A DNA stretch of 64,000 nt, filler included, from Octopus bimaculoides (taxonomy: Eukaryota), in the NCBI RefSeq assembly GCF_001194135.2. It is 9 parts of 9 records of this genome, joined end to end, with 100 filler letters (N's around TTAATTAATTAA, not from the genome) between each part and the next. Parts side by side here need not be neighbours in the genome. Positions count along the whole stretch, not along the records: positions 62,969 to 64,000 come from NW_026303931.1; 8 more parts are not named here. One strand, written 5' to 3'. The translations under genes and the position numbers were made by a program. This document shows positions 63,989 through 64,000 of this stretch, piece by piece. A model generated the notes under the pieces. That model saw nothing but the letters and a program-made list of their open reading frames with translations, was not told where the DNA came from and did no database searches. Every line of letters starts with the position of its first letter. Within the stretch, counting starts at the first letter, position 1.

Positions 63989-64000
63989 CACACACGCAGA

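Overview
AT-rich, microsatellite-saturated animal genomic DNA from a fragmented draft assembly. Roughly one sixth of the window is N, and several gaps contain a TTAATTAATTAA scaffold spacer. The SINE repertoire and repeat texture look like an octopus/cephalopod genome; this is inference from recognition, not a database search. No host protein-coding exon can be supported, so the window is intergenic or deep intronic, and nearly all ORF-track entries are microsatellite or N artefacts. The real content is retroelements: at least five tRNA-headed SINE families that swap modules, R4/Dong-like restriction-endonuclease LINE remnants, a CR1/L2-like LINE 3' end, two Penelope-like elements (PLEs), mariner relics and a MITE. 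The most striking structure is the PLE at 37597-38980 (minus strand). Its RT/GIY-YIG ORF is followed 29 nt later by a tRNA-like Pol III promoter, an (AAT)n tract and a minimal hammerhead ribozyme motif. An inverted copy of the B-box plus (TAA)n sits at its 5' truncation point, and two ORF-less copies of the hammerhead module lie elsewhere in the window. This suggests a Pol III-promoter/hammerhead terminal repeat that could generate its own SINE/retrozyme-like RNAs. All three ribozyme copies here are mutated. Other notable structures are two local inverted duplications, a (CATA)n-flanked LINE family and a LINE-SINE shared 3' stem-loop.
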